The notes under the pieces: model-generated
Seen by the model: the letters and a program-made list of their open reading frames with translations, nothing else
The model's database searches: none
What the model was told of the DNA's origin: nothing
Program-made: the position numbers and the translations under genes
Assembly: GCF_001194135.2 (NCBI RefSeq)
Contig: NC_068986.1
Span: 68,775,469 to 68,814,919, forward strand
Length of the DNA stretch: 39,451 nucleotides
Direction: 5' to 3'
Origin: Octopus bimaculoides
Lineage: Eukaryota
In this document: positions 34,916 through 39,451 of the stretch, piece by piece
Numbering within the stretch: position 1 is the first letter of the stretch
How the letters are laid out: the number at the start of each line of letters is the position of its first letter

Positions 34916-35214
34916 CGTAAGTTGTCAAACCTGTATGTGTTTACAAGAAGAAAAAAAAAGATATTTTTTTAATTAGTGATAACGATATTTAATTGAAAGT
35001 TAGGCGAGATAATATCCAGACATATACCTCTTTCAATCGGCACCTCCCCTTTGTGCATAGGATATCATCTTACCCGATACCTGCATGAAAATGCTTAAAT
35101 GTTCCCCTATGCAGATGTAAAAAACATCTCAAGGCCTCTTCTAGTCTACTGTTAAGTAATTGGTGTTTCGATGGAAATTCTGAATAAACTAAAACTCAAC
35201 TTAAAACTGCATCA

Positions 35215-35365
35215 TCATAAAACCATAAAACGGCAAAAGAGACTAATAAGAACCAGTACTAGGCTTTTAAAAAATAAGCACTGGTGTCGATTTATTCGAC
35301 TACAGATTTTTCTAGATGGAGCCTCAGTACGACTGCAGTCTAATGACTGAAACAAGAAATAAAAT

Positions 35366-35375
<10 letters not shown>
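35215..35375 (+). mobile_element. SINE family C, 3' part
   Basis: CGGCAAAAGAGACTAATAAG...GGTGTCGATTTATTCGACTA...GCAGTCTAATGACTGAAAC. Confidence 0.8.
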
Positions 35376-35397
<22 letters not shown>

Positions 35398-35525
35398 ACA
35401 CACACACACATATATATCATTGGAAGAATCAATTTATTAGACGGATTCAAATAAATGCCATCAAATAAATGGAACAGCTTTTGATTGTAATAACGCCCTA
35501 AATGGAAGAAGTATTTTCATCTGGA

Positions 35526-35566
<41 letters not shown>

Positions 35567-35570
35567 TGTG

Positions 35571-35890
35571 ATGAAGGCGCAAGGCTGAGTGGTTAGAGTG
35601 TCGGGTCTTCAATCATGTGGTTGTGAGTTCGATTCCCGGGCCGGGCTGTGTGTTGTGTTCTTGAACAAGACACTTTATTTCACGTTGGTCCTGTTCACTC
35701 AGCTGTAGAAACGAATTGCGACATCACTTGTGCCAAGCTGTATCAGTCTTTACCATTCCCTTGGATAACATCAGTGGCGTGGAGAGGGGAGGCTGATATA
35801 CATGGGTGACTGCTAGTCTTCCATAAATAACCTTTCCCTCAGACTTGTGCCTCGGAGAGAACTCTCTAGGTGCAATCCCATGGCCATTCA
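35571..35890 (+). mobile_element. tRNA-derived SINE, family D-related
   Basis: GGCGCAAGGCTGAGTGGTTAGAG (A box), GAGTTCGATTCCC (B box), CTTGAACAAGACAC...GTTCACTCAGCTG core. Confidence 0.85.
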
Positions 35891-35918
35891 TAATATATAT
35901 ATATATATACAATATACA

Positions 35919-35956
<38 letters not shown>

Positions 35957-37029
35957 GTAGTATATTGCCACTTAAGTGTGGCTGACCCCTAGGGGTGGAT
36001 GTTACTGTTGCTTTTAGCCCCAGGAGGACATCTCCTCCAGCTGGCTTATCGACACACGACTGTGTCCTGTTTGCCAAGGGAAGTTATCCCTCTCACCAAC
36101 ATCTGCAGCACGAACGGATCCGGATTTCAGGGTTATTTNNNNNNNNNNNNNNNNNNNNNNNNNNNNNNNNNNNNNNNNNNNNNNNNNNNNNNNNNNNNNN
36201 NNNNNNNNNNNNNNNNNNNNNNNNNNNNNNNNNNNNNNNNNNNNNNNNNNNNNNNNNNNNNNNNNNNNNNNNNNNNNNNNNNNNNNNNNNNNNNNNNNNN
36301 NNNNNNNNNNNNNNNNNNNNNNNNNNNNNNNNNNNNNNNNNNNNNNNNNNNNNNNNNNNNNNNNNNNNNNNNNNNNNNNNNNNNNNNNNNNNNNNNNNNN
36401 NNNNNNNNNNNNNNNNNNNNNNNNNNNNNNNNNNNNNNNNNNNNNNNNNNNNNNNNNNNNNNNNNNNNNNNNNNNNNNNNNNNNNNNNNNNNNNNNNNNN
36501 NNNNNNNNNNNNNNNNNNNNNNNNNNNNNNNNNNNNNNNNNNNNNNNNNNNNNNNNNNNNNNNNNNNNNNNNNNNNNNNNNNNNNNNNNNNNNNNNNNNN
36601 NNNNNNNNNNNNNNNNNNNNNNNNNNNNNNNNNNNNNNNNNNNNNNNNNNNNNNNNNNNNNNNNNNNNNNNNNNNNNNNNNNNNNNNNNNNNNNNNNNNN
36701 NNNNNNNNNNNNNNNNNNNNNNNNNNNNNNNNNNNNNNNNNNNNNNNNNNNNNNNNNNNNNNNNNNNNNNNNNNNNNNNNNNNNNNNNNNNNNNNNNNNN
36801 NNNNNNNNNNNNNNNNNNNNNNNNNNNNNNNNNNNNNNNNNNNNNNNNNNNNNNNNNNNNNNNNNNNNNNNNNNNNNNNNNNNNNNNNNNNNNNNNNNNN
36901 NNNNNNNNNNNNNNNNNNNNNNNNNNNNNNNNNNNNNNNNNNNNNNNNNNNNNNNNNNNNNNNNNNNNNNNNNNNNNNNNNNNNNNNNNNNNNNNNNNNN
37001 NNNNNNNNNNNNNNNNNNNNNNNNNNNNN

Positions 37030-37061
<32 letters not shown>

Positions 37062-37234
37062 GTAAATTTTATTTATTTACTTTTTCTCGCATCTTTTTTT
37101 AGTGTGCTTGACAGAGAGAGAGGGGGAGAGGGGTATTACGCTATCACCCTCTCTCTCTCTCTCTCTCGCTCACAGTCAATCACTCACTCAAAAAAGATGC
37201 AAGGAAAAATAAATTTTAAAAATGTACGCTGTCA

Positions 37235-37271
<37 letters not shown>

Positions 37272-38259
37272 ACAATACTGTCGCCATTGCAAGAAGGAGA
37301 TTTAACTCATGTAAGCAAACTTTTCTCCGACGTTCAAAATTGGTAAAAGTTATGGTTGAAAATCGAGTTTTACCGCTATCCGCAGGTGCCTCTGGAAAAA
37401 TAAGTTGACAAAAACACAGCCATGGTCTTGACCAATATCCTCCTAAAATTGGAGCGACATGCGTGCTAATTTGTAGACGTGCATAAATTACATTCACATA
37501 CACACACACACACACAGATATAGATGTAAGGTTAGCTGCGCTTAACTACAGGGTCGACTTAACAGCTTTATAGGCAGGCCTCCGGACGAATCAATGCATT
37601 GGTCCCTATAATATTTTTATTGACATCAAGCCACATTATACATAAACTAGAATTGAGCTTATAAACTCATGAGGCCCAGGGTGCCCATTCTTTAAGACGA
37701 TCCTGCGTAACTATATGAGGAATCACTTTACATATCACTTTACATGTATCAATATGCTTGTTTTATCGTCCACAGAAAGATGAAAACTCCAAGACGATGT
37801 CAGCAGATTACCCCACTTTAGACATTATTTTTTGAAAATTATACAATTAGATATTAGTGTGGGAAAAAATTGACTTGGAATCCAACAGAGAAAGGAATAT
37901 TAATAGCTAATCCCCACAAATTATCCAGATATTTTAGTAGCAACCTCAATTACAATCGGGTTGAAGTTGAGGAAAAATTTCTTGAAAAAAGTAGTACCTG
38001 CCATCTGACTGTTTCAAACTCTCCCAACTTCAAAAACAATTTTGCTAACCAACTTTTACTCCCAACGATGATGCAATAGTATAAATGATGATACATTACT
38101 TGCAATGTACTGATTTCATACAGGAAGGGAGAAAATAAAAAGAAATCAGAAATTACTCATTCTACCCCGGTTAATTTTGCCCCTCCCTACTTATTTTGTA
38201 CTTAATAGAAAGTATGTGTTAATTGAGCAGACTTATAATCAAATGCATTCCAAACGTGA

Positions 38260-38575
38260 CCATCTTGTCTTTTATTGAGGCAGTGTATATTCAAGACGAA
38301 ACGCACATTTATTTTAAAAGACGGATGTGATTTACGGGAGATTTGGCTCTTATTTCTAGCAGGTCAATCGACCACATAGACAATCCCATCTTGAACTGAA
38401 AAGAAGTGTAAACAGAAACTGACTCATTTGTTGACACATAATCATCACAAAAGATTGTACTTAAGTGGGAAGGAAAACTTTTAAGCAATCTCTCGGCTGC
38501 TAGAAATAGCAGTCAAATGTCCCTTACATAACATCCTTCCATTTTAAATAAGGTGGGACACATTAGATAATGTAG
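38260..38575. repeat. Two oppositely oriented fragments of an interspersed repeat (CTGCTAGAAATAGCAGCCAAATCTCCC family)
   Basis: Minus copy ~38320-38375, plus copy ~38490-38570; decayed relatives at ~5635, ~9290 and ~29020. Confidence 0.6.
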
Positions 38576-38578
38576 TTC

Positions 38579-38890
38579 GGGCGATCTAGGCCGATATTTA
38601 GGTAATCGTACCAGGGTGAGTGTTTAGGGTTAGGGTTACGGTTACGGTTAGGGACGGAATTCCTTAACGCAAACCCTAAAACCCAAACCCTAACCGTAAA
38701 CCTAACCCTAACCCTAACTCTAAACCCTTCAAAATAAATCGCGCTCTCTGTATGTCTTTCGCTGTTATGACATCGTTTCCCTGTTTCTCTCCAACACTTT
38801 TTACGGAAAGGGCCGATATTTAGGTAATTGTACCGAAAGATCGCCCTAACCCTAACCCTAAAACCCTAACCCTGACACTAAAACCCTAAC
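38579..38890. repeat. Element with telomere-like TTAGGG/CCCTAA tracts
   Basis: TTAGGG-type 38624-38653, CCCTAA-type 38672-38727 and 38844-38890; 24-bp direct repeat and 9-bp inverted repeat. Confidence 0.85.
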
Positions 38891-39220
38891 TTCGAAACAA
38901 TGGTCTTAGTTGGAAAGCCTCGAAGAGAGCTGACCTAGGGCTAAAAAGCAACAGCTACATACAGTGTACGTGTTTTACCACACGTATCGTTTTATTTGTT
39001 TACACTTGATCGGTCAGCGACAAACTTTACTGCGTATATCATTCTCGTATTTGATGCTATTTCTATAATAACTTTCATCATCTTCGCACGTCGTCGATTG
39101 TGCGTAAAAATAACTACCATGAAATAGTAAGCATAAACACGCGCACGGGTCACACGTGGCAAGCTTCTGCCACTGTTGGGATGTACCAGCATTAACATTG
39201 AAGATAGAGATTAACCGATA

Positions 39221-39420
39221 TTTTATCGTTTACTTGTTTCAGTCATTGGACTGCGGCCATGCTGGGGCATCGCTTTGACGGGTTTTGTCGAACAAATTGA
39301 CCCTAATATTTACTTCTTTAGCTTGGTACTTATTCTATGGTTGTGTCTTGGTGAACCGCTAAGTTATGGGGACGTAAACACATCAACACCAGTTGTCAAG
39401 AGGTGGTAGGGGGACATACC

Positions 39421-39451
<31 letters not shown>
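39221..39451 (-). mobile_element. SINE family C, 3' half
   Basis: TTTACTTGTTTCAGTCATTGGACTGCGGCCATGC...ACCGCTAAGTTATGGGGACGTAAACAC, reverse complement of the family C core and tail. Confidence 0.88.

Noticed and set aside
38624-38727. True telomere or chromosome end
   Set aside because: Short, degenerate, bidirectional and followed by ordinary sequence.
38992-39198. 68-aa minus ORF in CpG-rich DNA
   Set aside because: No splice signals or recognisable domain; alternative frames are equally plausible.

Overview
AT-rich eukaryotic genomic DNA from a gapped draft assembly (7 N-runs), dominated by microsatellites, several tRNA-derived SINE families and decayed transposons. The repeat repertoire resembles an octopod cephalopod genome; this is inferred from recognition, not searched. 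Nearly all ORFs in the supplied track are microsatellite, gap or TE artefacts. There are no CRISPR arrays, rRNA genes or intact tRNA genes. Supported content: fragments of RTE/BovB-like, Tx1/L1-like and restriction-like-endonuclease (RLE, R4/Dong-type) non-LTR retrotransposons; a 221-bp piggyBac-type MITE (3 copies); an internally deleted Tc1/mariner element; non-autonomous Helitrons; a solo LTR. There are also candidate spliced exons of unidentified genes: a minus-strand chain at 28.5 to 20.1 kb and a possible plus-strand terminal exon at 18.26-18.47 kb. The most notable observations are (1) four copies of an RLE LINE always embedded in (CATA)n, beside a (TAA)n-embedded Dong-like LINE and an (ATT)n-tailed Tx1 LINE, (2) a CpG-poor versus CpG-rich partition that fits the predicted gene layout, and (3) a small element with head-to-head TTAGGG/CCCTAA repeats.
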